Origin: Candidatus Bathyarchaeota archaeon
Lineage (GTDB): Archaea; Thermoproteota; Bathyarchaeia; Bathyarchaeales; Bathycorpusculaceae
Direction: 5' to 3'
NCBI GenBank assembly: GCA_963702095.1
Contig: OY969706.1
Coordinates: 2,176,001 to 2,240,000 of the forward strand
Length of the DNA: 64,000 bases
Part shown: positions 51,256-61,376 of the stretch, one piece after another
How positions within the stretch are numbered: position 1 is the stretch's first letter
How the letters are laid out: each line of letters begins with the position of its first letter
Notes under the pieces: generated by a model
The model's input: the letters and a program-made list of their open reading frames with translations, nothing else
Database searches by the model: none
Told to the model about the DNA's origin: nothing
Position numbers and translations under genes: made by a program

Positions 51256-53491
51256 TTAATAGGTCCATAAGACATCTATTGAGTTGCCAGTGCCAGTCCA
51301 ATACCAGTCCGCTGAAGAGTAGTGCATCGATGAATCAGCATAGTTGTATGCCCACATGAAGTACCCATTCCAACCAGTGAAATCAAAGTAGTTGCTTCCG
51401 TAAGGCAATTGAATATTGGTGCTACCCATAAAAGTGATGAGGTCAGGACTTCCGCCCCAGGTTTGATACCAATTGATTGTAGTAGTGTAGGTGTTTTGAA
51501 CGAATACAGGAGTAAGCGTAGTGTCACTCGCCATGTAGATATAGATCGGATTTTCATAAGCGTTGTACCAACCGTCTAAAATCCAATGGTCAAAAGCGTA
51601 GCCAGAGCCAGTATCAGGATAAGCAGTTACTGTTGCGGTTGAATCTTCCATGTATTCTGGAGCGCCTGCGGGTGTGGTGTATCCTCCGGTAGCTGATGAG
51701 ATGTATAGTGTGTTATCGTGTGCCACTAGATGTATGGATGAATCGCCGATAATATGCATCTGACCGGGGCCCCACCACCCATAATCTGGAACCATCGTTT
51801 GCTGGTACCATGCAGTGTAACCTGAGGATAGAGGTATATGAAGTGTAGAGGGCATAAACGGTTGCATCGTCTATTGATTGGGAAATACATTTGCCCTCAA
51901 CTATTGCGCTGTAGTAGAAGCGATCAATGAAGTCCTTGAGCGGACGGTCCCACGATGGCTCTCCAAAAAAAGCTCCAGTGTCATTTCCGATTTGAGGCGA
52001 GGCACCGGAGAAGCCTATAAAGCAGTTGCCAGCTAAATCATGGAGCCATGCATAGACCATGTCTGAAGGGACTCCACTTTGTGTCTGTGAACATACCCAT
52101 AAGAACACGAATCGATCTTGCCGGAAGTAGTTAAATCACGTATATCATCTGATTTTATCCAAGTACCTGTGTTGTCAACGAAGCCAGGGTCTGAATAATC
52201 GTGTGCATCTGCTAGATGTCCAAAATGGAATACCATAGTAAATTCGCGAAGAAGTCACCGGCAATGCGGTTACTGTTGAAGACGCTAAACTGGATACAAT
52301 CGTTAGACAGAATAATGCAGCCCAAAGCTTGCGATTGAACAGTTTCTTGGCGCCTGATAGCGAAGCCCTTCTACTGGTGGCAATTAGTGCTCCTGTGCAT
52401 AAAATTGCTCCAAAGGCAATTGGGATAATTATCGTTAGTGACGCTTGGCCTTGGCTTGTTTCTTTGCTGGCTAAGGTTTGATTTTTATATGTACCTTCCG
52501 CCGTCATCAGACCCGTAGCGGCAATTTTGCCTGTGTCAGCCCAAACTCTAACAGCCACTCCAGTTACGTCTCCTGGATATGCTTTAGTGAAACCCAAGGG
52601 AATATTCCAGCATGGGTAGAAAGTATATATGTCAGAGTTGCGGGCGCGGCTTTGATCTGGGCAGTTAACGTAGCCTATCGCAGTTTTATTTAGAGACTCT
52701 GGATTAAGTTGGAAACCAGCCACTGAGATAGATGTTGTAACGTTATCGATGTCAATTTGATAAGTGAACTTTTGTGCAGCCGACAAGGCGTTTTTCACAG
52801 CTTGCTCTTTAGTTATTGCACATTGTACATCGGCTATTTTGTATAAAGGCCAATTATTCAGGAATAATTTTAGTCTTCCTTGATCGTAGCTGAGGACAAC
52901 GTTTTTGGATGGAGCAGTAATGCCTTTCTCATCTACGTATGTCCAGGCATAATCTATGGTTTTTTGGTCTGCATTCGTTATCTTAAGCATGACATTATTC
53001 GCAGTTTTTGTAGAATTGTTGTCTACATTTATGTCGTTGAGTGTTGAGGCAAGTTTACTGTATAGTGAGTCACCAGTGTAGGCTTGGTATTTTGTTAGAA
53101 AGTCCTTAGCCATGCCAACTGAGTCGCTGACTGTTTTTGCCTTGGCAAAGGACCCGGAATATTCGCTTAAATAAAGTAGGTGCAAAGAATCATGTATATA
53201 GGATGCGCTTATCCTAACTGATGTCTGGTTTCCTGTTAGGGTTATGTCGGTTGTAGGCTCAGAATTATCGTAAGACTTGTCAACTGGTGAATTAAGTTTT
53301 GTCGAATAGGCAGTAGTATCTATGTTTAGAATATTATTGAGTATTGTGTTAGTTTTCTCTTGAGTAGATATCGTTGATGCTTTTGTGCTTGGCAAGAAGC
53401 TGAAGATACTTGAAATTAGAAGAAGTGTTAAGAGGACTGTGGTTATGAAAAGTTTTTGTTTGGAGATTTTATTCATTCTAATTACCTCCAT
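51256..53491 (-). pseudogene. Large secreted/membrane-anchored protein broken into four overlapping frames
   Basis: ORFs 52175-53491, 52033-52236, 51713-52108 and 51256-51867 are consecutive, each in a shifted frame; signal peptide, internal TM, second signal-like segment, FDHWILDG repeat-like domain. Confidence 0.65.
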
Positions 53492-53837
53492 ATTGTGAGG
53501 CGGAAACCTCCTGTTTTCCGCTTGATCTTTTTTGTCCTTCGATTAGGACTGGGTGGTTACTCGCCCCCAAAGCAGTTTAGCTCTGGATAGGCACCCGTTG
53601 ATTGTTTGAGAATATAAAATTAATTAACTGTTAAGAATCAATTGATACGTAGCTAGAGAAGCGATTGTTTACATATAACTATTAAAAATATTCATAGCAA
53701 AAATTAAGGATACGATTCTGACGTTGGTACATAAACTAAACGGCAAACAGGATTCGTCAAACTTATCTTGACTCAGGCAAACCGCCTGGAATTTAAATAA
53801 AAAAGGATTTTTCTCTTGGGATGATAAGTTAGCGTAA

Positions 53838-54341
53838 TCAGAGGTGCTGGCTGATCAGCTTTGCCATATCGACTGCAGAGAGGTCGTATTTGCAGTTAGG
53901 GCAGGCTTTCTGTACTTCCTGTTTAGCGCCGACTTTGAGCGGTGCACCGCAGTGGCAGCAGAAGTACGTGAGGGTTTGTCCTCGACTGGTTAATTCAGCT
54001 ACAAGCTCATCCAAAGTCAATGGCTTGGAGGGGTGTCCCTTAAGCTTTTTTCGTGCAGCCGCTACTTTCTCTTTTGCTTGAGCTACCACGGCTGGGTCTT
54101 TGCTGGTGGTGAAGAACTCGCATCTGGCGCTTTGCAGGTAGGGTTCGTCGAGTTCGGTGCCGTAGAGTTCACATAAGCCTGTATGGAAAAAGACGCATGC
54201 TAAGCAACTGTTTTTTCGGTATTCGGAGTCGAGGACTTTGTAACAGGAGGGGCAGACTTCGACTTCTTTGCCGTTTTTTACGGAGTGTAAGGCGATGCCG
54301 CGGTAGGGTTGATTGCAGACTTGACAGATTGATTTTCCCAT
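53838..54341 (-). CDS. Cys-rich multi-zinc-finger protein
   Basis: CQVC, CPSC, CLAC..LC..C, CCHC, CPNC. Confidence 0.75.
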   Translation of the reverse strand: MGKSICQVCNQPYRGIALHSVKNGKEVEVCPSCYKVLDSEYRKNSCLACVFFHTGLCELYGTELDEPYLQSARCEFFTTSKDPAVVAQAKEKVAAARKKLKGHPSKPLTLDELVAELTSRGQTLTYFCCHCGAPLKVGAKQEVQKACPNCKYDLSAVDMAKLISQHL

Positions 54342-54495
54342 TGTAATCGCACATTGAAGGTGAAAAAGGCTTATTTAATGTTCGCCAACAAAACTCGATT
54401 TCAATAGGGCAATATCCAAAGGGCATCAGTAAAAACATCGAGATTTAGAGCTTTTTGGCATAAACTAAATACATGGTGCTTAATACTTTTTGGGT

Positions 54496-55362
54496 ATGGG
54501 TTACCAACCTCGCATAAAATCGCCTAGGAACACGGCGCACGGTTTCAAAAAGCCTCTGCGGGAGAGGAAAAAAGAGAAAAAACGCCGCCGCACAGGCGAT
54601 TATGAGCGGGAGAAGCGTGTTGTTACTGAAAAGGAGGTAAGTGAAGCCACTCTTAAGCGGCTGCATACCTTGGGCAACCAGCGATTCGGTTCCTCCCCCT
54701 ACAGCGAGCATTATAACCGCTGGCTAGCCGACGTAGAAGTAGTTCTCGCCGAATTCGAGGCGTACCCCAGCATAAAAACCGATGAAGAATTCAAAACGGA
54801 ATGTACCCAAACACTTGGCATTATCCGGGTGCAGCTTGAAGAGCGACGCAAAAAAGAAGCCACAGTCGACCAAGAAGTCAAAAACTTGGCCTACCTAAAA
54901 AAGCAAGTTGAAGACATCAACGCCCAATATGCCCTCGCCGCAAGCACAATTAAAGCCCGCAGAAAAGCTCAAACTAAACGCCTCAACAACGACATAGAAC
55001 AACTCAAAAAGGAACAGGACATTGTAATAAAGATGAAAACTGGTTTTTGGCGCGGCATCTCCAAGAAAAAGAGGGAAGAAAAAGAGATAGCCCTATCTCA
55101 GCAGTTAAACGATAAGCAGACAGAACTTGAACTCTTAACGCTCAACTCCAGAGCCGAACTTAAAATGCTCCGGGAAAACATTGAAAGAAAACGTGAGCCT
55201 GTGGTGGAGCAGATTAAGGAGTTTAAGCGGAAAATCAGGGAGTTAGAGACAGATGGTTCGCTGGAGGAGCGGTGGTTTGCCAGTGAAGCCCTCACCGACG
55301 CCGTTAACAGTTTTCTGCAGAGAAGAACCCGCGAAGCAGCTGACTCTAAAAGTCCTCTTTAA
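54496..55362 (+). CDS. Coiled-coil hypothetical protein
   Basis: Basic N-terminus, long E/K-rich heptad region. Confidence 0.75.
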   Translation: MGYQPRIKSPRNTAHGFKKPLRERKKEKKRRRTGDYEREKRVVTEKEVSEATLKRLHTLGNQRFGSSPYSEHYNRWLADVEVVLAEFEAYPSIKTDEEFKTECTQTLGIIRVQLEERRKKEATVDQEVKNLAYLKKQVEDINAQYALAASTIKARRKAQTKRLNNDIEQLKKEQDIVIKMKTGFWRGISKKKREEKEIALSQQLNDKQTELELLTLNSRAELKMLRENIERKREPVVEQIKEFKRKIRELETDGSLEERWFASEALTDAVNSFLQRRTREAADSKSPL

Positions 55363-55822
55363 CTAAACGGTAAAAGAACCAGTCATCTAGGCACCTTGCC
55401 TTGTTCTTCGCGTAAAAGTCCTGCGCTGAAGTGTTCCATTTCAAGACGGTGAATTCTATTCTGCCGCAGCCTTCAGTCTTGGCGATTTCTTTAACGAAAT
55501 CAAACATTTCTTTGCCCACCCCGTCGCGCCGGTACTCTTCGAGGACAAAGATGTCTTCAAGGTAGAGGGTGGGCAGCGCAAGGAAGCTGGAGTAAGTGTA
55601 GAAGTATATTATGTAGGAGACGGGGGCGCCGCCGATTTTGCCGATGTAGGCTTGATATTTTGGGGTTTCGCCTAAACAGTCGCGTCTCAACCGTTCTTGG
55701 GATTCGGGGTTTGGAGGAGAGAGCTTCTCGTATTCGGCGAGTTTATTGATTAAGCCTAAGAAGTCCTCGAAGGTTTCGGCGGTGACTTTTTTGAGAACCA
55801 AGGAATTGTTTTCTTTGTCCAT
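55346..55822 (-). CDS. GNAT acetyltransferase (diamine N-acetyltransferase/SSAT-like)
   Basis: LAEYEKL, YSSFL..LYLEDIFV..YRRDGVG, VLKWN..FY. Confidence 0.88.
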   Translation of the reverse strand: MDKENNSLVLKKVTAETFEDFLGLINKLAEYEKLSPPNPESQERLRRDCLGETPKYQAYIGKIGGAPVSYIIYFYTYSSFLALPTLYLEDIFVLEEYRRDGVGKEMFDFVKEIAKTEGCGRIEFTVLKWNTSAQDFYAKNKARCLDDWFFYRLVKEDF

Positions 55823-55917
55823 GCTGCTTATTGGTTGATTAGGGATAAAAAATCTTGCTTTTTCAACTAACGCTACCGCTGGTCTTCTGCAGTGAAGGAA
55901 TGCTTTTGGTGAGCCCA

Positions 55918-56154
55918 TTACTTGTTTTCTGTCAGCATCAACGTTAACGTTGAGGTGACGTTGGGGATTTTTCTAAGTTTAAAGGTCACCAACTCTTTTA
56001 ATTCAGCCGTTGATTGTGCTGTGGCTTTAACGATCAAGTCGTATACGCCATAAGAAACGTAGGCTTCCTCTATTCCGCCTGTTTTCTTTGCTTCTTGCAA
56101 AACCTGATCTTCTAAACCTGGGGAAATATTGAATAATACATACGCGCTAGGCAT
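55918..56154 (-). CDS. Stand-alone Lrp/AsnC ligand-binding (RAM) domain protein
   Basis: AYVLFN..YGVYDLIVK..LRKIPNVTSTLT. Confidence 0.88.
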   Translation of the reverse strand: MPSAYVLFNISPGLEDQVLQEAKKTGGIEEAYVSYGVYDLIVKATAQSTAELKELVTFKLRKIPNVTSTLTLMLTENK

Positions 56155-56336
56155 CTTTTTCTCCAATAGGTATTGGCAGCTTTTCAAATAAAACATTTGC
56201 GCAAATCAGAGTTAATCAAATTTAAATTCAGATTTTCAAAGGGCATCTAAACAGTGCATTTTTACAGTGTACGAAAAACACCCAAATATTAAATAGTCAA
56301 CCACAAACCAGTTACCTAACAGCAGAAGGCAAGATA

Positions 56337-57146
56337 GTGAAAATATCCCTAAAAGAGGAAATGCAAACTCTCCTAATCCCCCTATACGGCAGAGCCCAGA
56401 TGAGCAAAAAAGGCATCTTCAAAGACGAAGACGCTGAAAACGCCCTCGCCCAATTAGACTATGACTTCTCAACGCTCCACATAAAAGAAAAAACACAGGT
56501 AATGCTCTCCGTCCGCAGCCAATTAATCGACAACTTCACAAAACAGTACCTTGCTGAGCACCCCGACTGCACCGTGATTTACCTTGGATGCGGCTTGGAT
56601 TCGAGGGCAAAGCGGCTCGGTTTTCCAGCAAAACACTGGTATGACATCGACTATCTACAGGTCATAGAAATCAGGCGACAACTCTACGCGGAAAAAGAAA
56701 ATTACACGTATATCCCGTCATCGGTGACTGACTGGGCGTGGATGGACAAAATTGAATCCAACACCAACTCAACGCTTGTAATCGCAGAAGGTCTGTTAAT
56801 GTACCTAAACGAGCAAGACATCAAGACATTGCTGCTAAAAATACGCGACAAATTCAAGGATGCAACGCTAATCTTCGACGCGTACTCAGAGGCGACAGCT
56901 AAACAAGCAAAGAATCACCCCTCACTCAAGGAGACCGGCGCAACCGTTCAATGGGGCATCGACTCGCCAGAAACATTAGAAGCATTCGACGACGGAATCA
57001 GCCACATCAAAACCATATACCTCACCGACGACTCCGCAGTCGAAAGCTTGCCAAGAGGATACCGCATGATGTTTAAGTTCGCAGGCAAGTTTAAGGCAGC
57101 AAAAGAAGCACACAGAATATTCGTTGTAAAACTCATTAGTCGATAG
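56337..57146 (+). CDS. LCM/TcmP-like class I SAM O-methyltransferase
   Basis: TLLIPLYGRA, LGCGLDSR, WYDID, IAEGLLMYL. Confidence 0.88.
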   Translation: MKISLKEEMQTLLIPLYGRAQMSKKGIFKDEDAENALAQLDYDFSTLHIKEKTQVMLSVRSQLIDNFTKQYLAEHPDCTVIYLGCGLDSRAKRLGFPAKHWYDIDYLQVIEIRRQLYAEKENYTYIPSSVTDWAWMDKIESNTNSTLVIAEGLLMYLNEQDIKTLLLKIRDKFKDATLIFDAYSEATAKQAKNHPSLKETGATVQWGIDSPETLEAFDDGISHIKTIYLTDDSAVESLPRGYRMMFKFAGKFKAAKEAHRIFVVKLISR

Positions 57147-57179
57147 GAAAAAAAATGAGCGGCAGCATCTTTGTGCTGC

Positions 57180-57430
57180 TATAGGTGTTTGAAGGAAAAT
57201 AGGTCGTCTATGGTTGTTTAGAAGACTTTAGCACTGTCATGTGCTAGTTTGAGTGATGGTTGCACTCGCCTTTTTCGATGAAGAGGACGGTGTCTCTGCG
57301 GACGCCGACTTTTTTGTGGGGTCGTCTTGGGCTAAGTTGTGGGAGCTCTTTGATGCTGGTCCTCGAAATCTTCCCTTCCACGGCAGAACCAGATACGAGA
57401 GAGCGAAAGCCAGAAGATAGTTCACCACTA
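57180..57430 (-). pseudogene. Decayed XRE-family HTH regulator preceded by a hydrophobic gene tail
   Basis: Joining frames gives IKEL..HNLAQDD..KKVGVRRDTVLFIEKGECN.SLKLAHDSAKVF*TTIDDLF, with frameshifts and an internal stop. Confidence 0.7.
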
Positions 57431-57470
57431 CACGTTTGCTACAGTGGCTCTTAGGAAGAGAGGGATATGC

Positions 57471-58091
57471 TTAGTTGTTGATTTGGCAGTGACGGTAATA
57501 GTTCTTGTCTATCTTTATTGCGACCAAAGGACCCTTTCTTTGGGAAAGCTCACGCGTTTTACGAAGGGCATTTTTTAGAAGCGCTAAGGTTTGCTCTCTG
57601 CTGTTTACGTCTTGACCTGCCTGTTTAGCCAGTTCAGCTTTGAGGATGTTTTCAGCGATAATTTTGGTGCCGCAAATCTCAGTGTTCCTAATCAATTCAG
57701 AGACGATAATTTCTGTTAATTCATATCTGCATGCAAGCCGGAACCACAGGGCTTCTGTTTGCTCCGCTTTCTCTGCAGTTTTGCCCAAATTAGGCTGCTT
57801 GCTTGTGCATATATCAAGGTTGAATCGTTCTTTCCATTTTTTGAGCCAGGAACCCGACCAGATGGTTAGGAAAGCCTCGGTTTCCTCGGAGTCGTTTGGT
57901 AGAGGCTGCTCCGGCGTTTCAGTGCAATCGGGGTTTGTTTTTCCAGAGGGGTTGGAGAGGAATTTTAGGTAGTTTTGGAGGTCTTGGGATGCGACTTGGA
58001 GGACTTTTTTGTCTGCGCCGGTTATGTCGAGGGTTGGTTCGGCTTCTTTTATTTTTCTTGAGAGTTTTGTTTCAAGGTCGAAGTGGTTCAT
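57471..58091 (-). CDS. Hypothetical protein
   Basis: 206-aa ORF with ATG and an upstream AGGAG. Confidence 0.65.
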   Translation of the reverse strand: MNHFDLETKLSRKIKEAEPTLDITGADKKVLQVASQDLQNYLKFLSNPSGKTNPDCTETPEQPLPNDSEETEAFLTIWSGSWLKKWKERFNLDICTSKQPNLGKTAEKAEQTEALWFRLACRYELTEIIVSELIRNTEICGTKIIAENILKAELAKQAGQDVNSREQTLALLKNALRKTRELSQRKGPLVAIKIDKNYYRHCQINN

Positions 58092-58257
58092 GTAATTTGT
58101 CTCCTTTCTTGTGTCTGGTTTCTAAATACTCTTTTCAGGTCGCCATATAACTGGCTTAGGCTCTAACACACAATATATCAAATTTAGACATACTTTATTC
58201 CTGCAGAAACAGCCATAGTAAAAATGCAGTGGCACCGAAGAAACTTGGCTTATTTTC

Positions 58258-60078
58258 TTACGGCACTTTATGCAGACTCCACGTCACAGCATCATTGCCT
58301 ACTGCGATAAAAAGCCTAAAGCTGTTCCAGAGTTTTTTGGCTGTTAAATTGCCTGAGAATACCATTGCAAGTCTTTGAAGAATGTGCGTGTTGTCTGGTT
58401 CGCTTAGCCATTTTAAGTCTACTTCAAGGGTAATTGTTGAATCAGCTTGTCTTCCTTCTATAACTCGTATGTACTCGACGTTTGTTTTGTTGGTTTTGAA
58501 TACGAAACTAGTTATGGTTTCATCGAGTTTTAGGGTGCATTGGATAGTTTGTGTACCCAGCAATCGCAGGAACTGTCTCATTTCTAAGACCTCATGCACG
58601 CCCACCTTTCGGGTGTAGGCTTCCACTCTTGGGTCTATGTATGCCTCAAGAAAGGTAGCTATGTGTTTTTCAAAATTATCCTTCTGCAGCGCGTTTCCAT
58701 TGTTGGCCATGAAACCCAGATTGATGATTCTTTCCTGAGCGAAATCTAATATTGCCTTTTTTTGTTTGACGCGCATTTGAGAAACCTTTTCGTGGTCGAA
58801 GAATGTGTCGAGGTTCCAGAATTTCGCCATACAATGCGTAGCCAACTCTTCAATTTTCTCCTTTGACAAATACTTAGCTGTGTAAACTGAATGCATTTCA
58901 TCAAAATTGTCCCAATTCCTTTCAAAAATTAATCCTTGCGCATCCAGCTCTTTGTAGAAGTCCGTGCCAGGAAAAGGCGTTGCAACGCCAAAAGCGGCTC
59001 CAGTTAAACCAATCTCTTTGGCATAAACCGGAAACATCCGGATCTCCGCTTCAGTCTGGTCAGGTAAGCCTATAACGAATGTTCCGCCTGCTCTGCCGCC
59101 ATTTTCCCGTATGTTTTTGACTGCTTCGCCGTGAACCTTGCTGGTTATGCCTTTCTTTGTTGACTTGAGGTCTTTAGCATTTGGGCTTTCGATGCCCATT
59201 TCAAAGCGGCGTATGCCAACCTGGCACATTTTCTTTACAATCTGAGGATGCGCCGCCATAGCATCCGCTCTCACTAGGGCGCAGAATTCCATGTTTAGGT
59301 CATGTTTCATCATTAAATCGCAGAGGCGGTCGACTTGTTGGGGGTTACCCATAAAGTGCGGGTCTGCAAACATGACGTTTACAGGTTTTCGTTTATGATA
59401 ATCAGACATCTCCAGAAGCTCTTCCATGACGTTCTCTGGTGATCTGGTTCTTAGACAGCCATGACTCATGCTTGGTTCGCAGCAGAAACTGCACATGCCA
59501 TTACAGCCCCTGTACATGGTTATCACGTCGCAGTCTGTTACTCGGTCTTGGCTTTTGTAGGGGTACTGCCTCAGATACCGAGCGGGAAAAGGCAAAGCAT
59601 CGAGGTTTTCTATGGGTTTTCTTGCTTGGTTGTGGACTATTTTCCCGTTCTTCCTGTAAGATAGTCCTAAAATATTCTCGAAGGCGCCTGTTTCTACCAG
59701 CTCTTTCATGGTGGCCTCGCCTTCTCCGCGGACTACAGCGTCGATTTGGTGGTGAGAAAGCATCAGGTCAGGAACGTTTGTGGGGTGGTAGCCGCCTACT
59801 ACGACAGGCAGATTGTTTTGTTTAGCGGTTTTTGCAAGGCTTAGACTTTGGTTGTGTTCTGTGGCGGATAATGTGATGCCTACTATGTCGGGGCGGTAGA
59901 TTTTGAGGATGTCTTGGAATTTTCTGCTGTCCAGTTCAAGGTCCACTATGTTGACTTGATCCACAGCGTCTTTGAGGTAGGATGCTATGTACTCTAAACC
60001 GATAGGTATCGAATCAAAGGAAAAGCTCAAGCCTTTCCTTCCAGCAGGCTTCACCAGCAGGACTCTCTTAAACGCCAA
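58258..60078 (-). CDS. Cobalamin-binding radical SAM enzyme with C-terminal extension
   Basis: PIGLEYIAS, VVGGYHPT, VRGEGE, RGCNGMCSFC (CxxxCxxC), GIES, TPFPGT. Confidence 0.92.
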   Translation of the reverse strand: MAFKRVLLVKPAGRKGLSFSFDSIPIGLEYIASYLKDAVDQVNIVDLELDSRKFQDILKIYRPDIVGITLSATEHNQSLSLAKTAKQNNLPVVVGGYHPTNVPDLMLSHHQIDAVVRGEGEATMKELVETGAFENILGLSYRKNGKIVHNQARKPIENLDALPFPARYLRQYPYKSQDRVTDCDVITMYRGCNGMCSFCCEPSMSHGCLRTRSPENVMEELLEMSDYHKRKPVNVMFADPHFMGNPQQVDRLCDLMMKHDLNMEFCALVRADAMAAHPQIVKKMCQVGIRRFEMGIESPNAKDLKSTKKGITSKVHGEAVKNIRENGGRAGGTFVIGLPDQTEAEIRMFPVYAKEIGLTGAAFGVATPFPGTDFYKELDAQGLIFERNWDNFDEMHSVYTAKYLSKEKIEELATHCMAKFWNLDTFFDHEKVSQMRVKQKKAILDFAQERIINLGFMANNGNALQKDNFEKHIATFLEAYIDPRVEAYTRKVGVHEVLEMRQFLRLLGTQTIQCTLKLDETITSFVFKTNKTNVEYIRVIEGRQADSTITLEVDLKWLSEPDNTHILQRLAMVFSGNLTAKKLWNSFRLFIAVGNDAVTWSLHKVP

Positions 60079-60241
60079 GATGAAACACCAAGTTAACCCA
60101 CCGACAAATACAGTAATGCATAAAAATTAATCGCGTCCACGGAGCAGTTTAGCTTGGAGAATTCATCAAAGGCTGAATCAGCCATGGTGAGCCGCCCATT
60201 TCTTTGGCATACAGGGAGAAACCCCGAGTATTGTAGCGGAA

Positions 60242-60363
60242 TGGTGGCGGGGGTGGGACTTGAACCCACGAAGGCCTGCGCCAGAGGATCTTAAGTCCTC
60301 CTCCATATCTTAGGGGCAATAGGTTAATCTGGCCCTATTTAGACCTGGCTCGGATACCCCGCC
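60242..60363 (-). tRNA. tRNA-Leu(TAA) with encoded CCA and a 34-nt intron (60305-60338) in the D-arm
   Basis: Acceptor GGCGGGG/CCCCGCC-A-CCA; anticodon arm GAGGA-CTTAAGA-TCCTC; long variable arm; T arm GTGGG-TTCAAGT-CCCAC; 88 nt after splicing. Confidence 0.93.
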
Positions 60364-60389
60364 ACCAGCACCCCGATAAAGTCCAATCT

Positions 60390-60412
60390 GGCATAGTTAA
60401 AGTTTTTTGCAT
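60390..60412 (-). promoter_or_regulatory. BRE/TATA promoter of tRNA-Leu
   Basis: Minus strand gcaaaaaactttaacta, about 35-45 nt upstream of the mature 5' end. Confidence 0.55.
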
Positions 60413-60554
60413 TCCAGAAGTAAAATGGCAAAAATCTACTCACCCATTTTTGTTCCTAATAACAAGGGCAAAAAAACGCTGGAGATGAACCGGCTAAAAC
60501 CCTAAAAATGTGAGCGCCCGGTGCAAAACCAGCAAGACCTAGACCTAAAAAAAA

Positions 60555-60827
60555 CTATTGTTGGGGCATTGCTTTTAGCTTCTCGATTTCTTTGTTTAAG
60601 TGGTCAACTGCTGCCTGTAGCCTATTCTTTTTGCGTTCAAGTATCTCAATCATTTCGTCTTTTGTGGGTTTAATCAATGGCTCGCCGCAAACTGGGCAAC
60701 GTGCCATCATCATTTTCATTTTCCAGCCCATAGGACCCATGGGACCCATTCCCATACCCATTCCAGGCATCATTCCGTGACCGCCCCATTGGCCTTGACC
60801 GCCCATTTTCTCCCATTCCAAAAACAT
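60555..60827 (-). CDS. Small Gly/Met-rich protein with CPVC and C-terminal coiled coil (DUF5320-like layout)
   Basis: GHGMMPGMGMGMGPMGPMGWKMKMMMARCPVCG..TKDEMIEILE; GGAGGTG RBS. Confidence 0.7.
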   Translation of the reverse strand: MFLEWEKMGGQGQWGGHGMMPGMGMGMGPMGPMGWKMKMMMARCPVCGEPLIKPTKDEMIEILERKKNRLQAAVDHLNKEIEKLKAMPQQ

Positions 60828-61220
60828 TCACCTCCAAAGCCGTCAACACTTCATTAACCATGACGGTTCCAGGTTCACTTATGCTTATGTGGCTACAAAA
60901 TTGAGGTTACAGGTCAACTAGTTTTTTGGCGTTAAGTTAGGGGTTAATGGTTTGTTTTGGTTTTAACTCGGCCTTTGTGGACTCTTATGCTGTGTTCTTG
61001 GAGTTGTTTTGGATCGGCAAACCTTGCTGAGCAGAAGGGGCACTTAAACGTTTCATATAACATGGCATCTGAAGAGACCATTTTGATTTATAATTCTTTA
61101 TGACATAGAAAAGATTCTTCTATATAGCCACCGCTAATCCGGTGCTTAACTCTTTGTTATTAGTTTTTGTAGTCGAGTGTTGCCCACAAAGGATTTAATG
61201 CGATGTATGCACGTTGTTTC

Positions 61221-61376
61221 TTGCAGGTTGAGGAACAGGCTTCACGGAAAAGCACCTGTACAAACCATAAGCGGCTATTAAAGAACCAATCTAAGATAAC
61301 ATCAAGGAAAGGACTTGGTAAGCACTTCTGGTTAAGTATGTGCTAAAGAAACGTGGGGTTTAGACTCAACCTGCAA
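61221..61376 (+). ncRNA. Candidate structured ncRNA (~155 nt), family unknown
   Basis: Perfect 12-bp terminal stem TTGCAGGTTGAG/CTCAACCTGCAA; second stem aggcttcacg/cgtggggttt with G-U pairs; upstream aaaggatttaat; downstream T-tracts. Confidence 0.55.

Noticed and set aside
61221-61376. RNase P or SRP RNA identity for the structured element
   Set aside because: GAGGAAC only loosely resembles RNase P CR-I, the element is too short, and it lacks the P4 consensus and the SRP helix-8 motif
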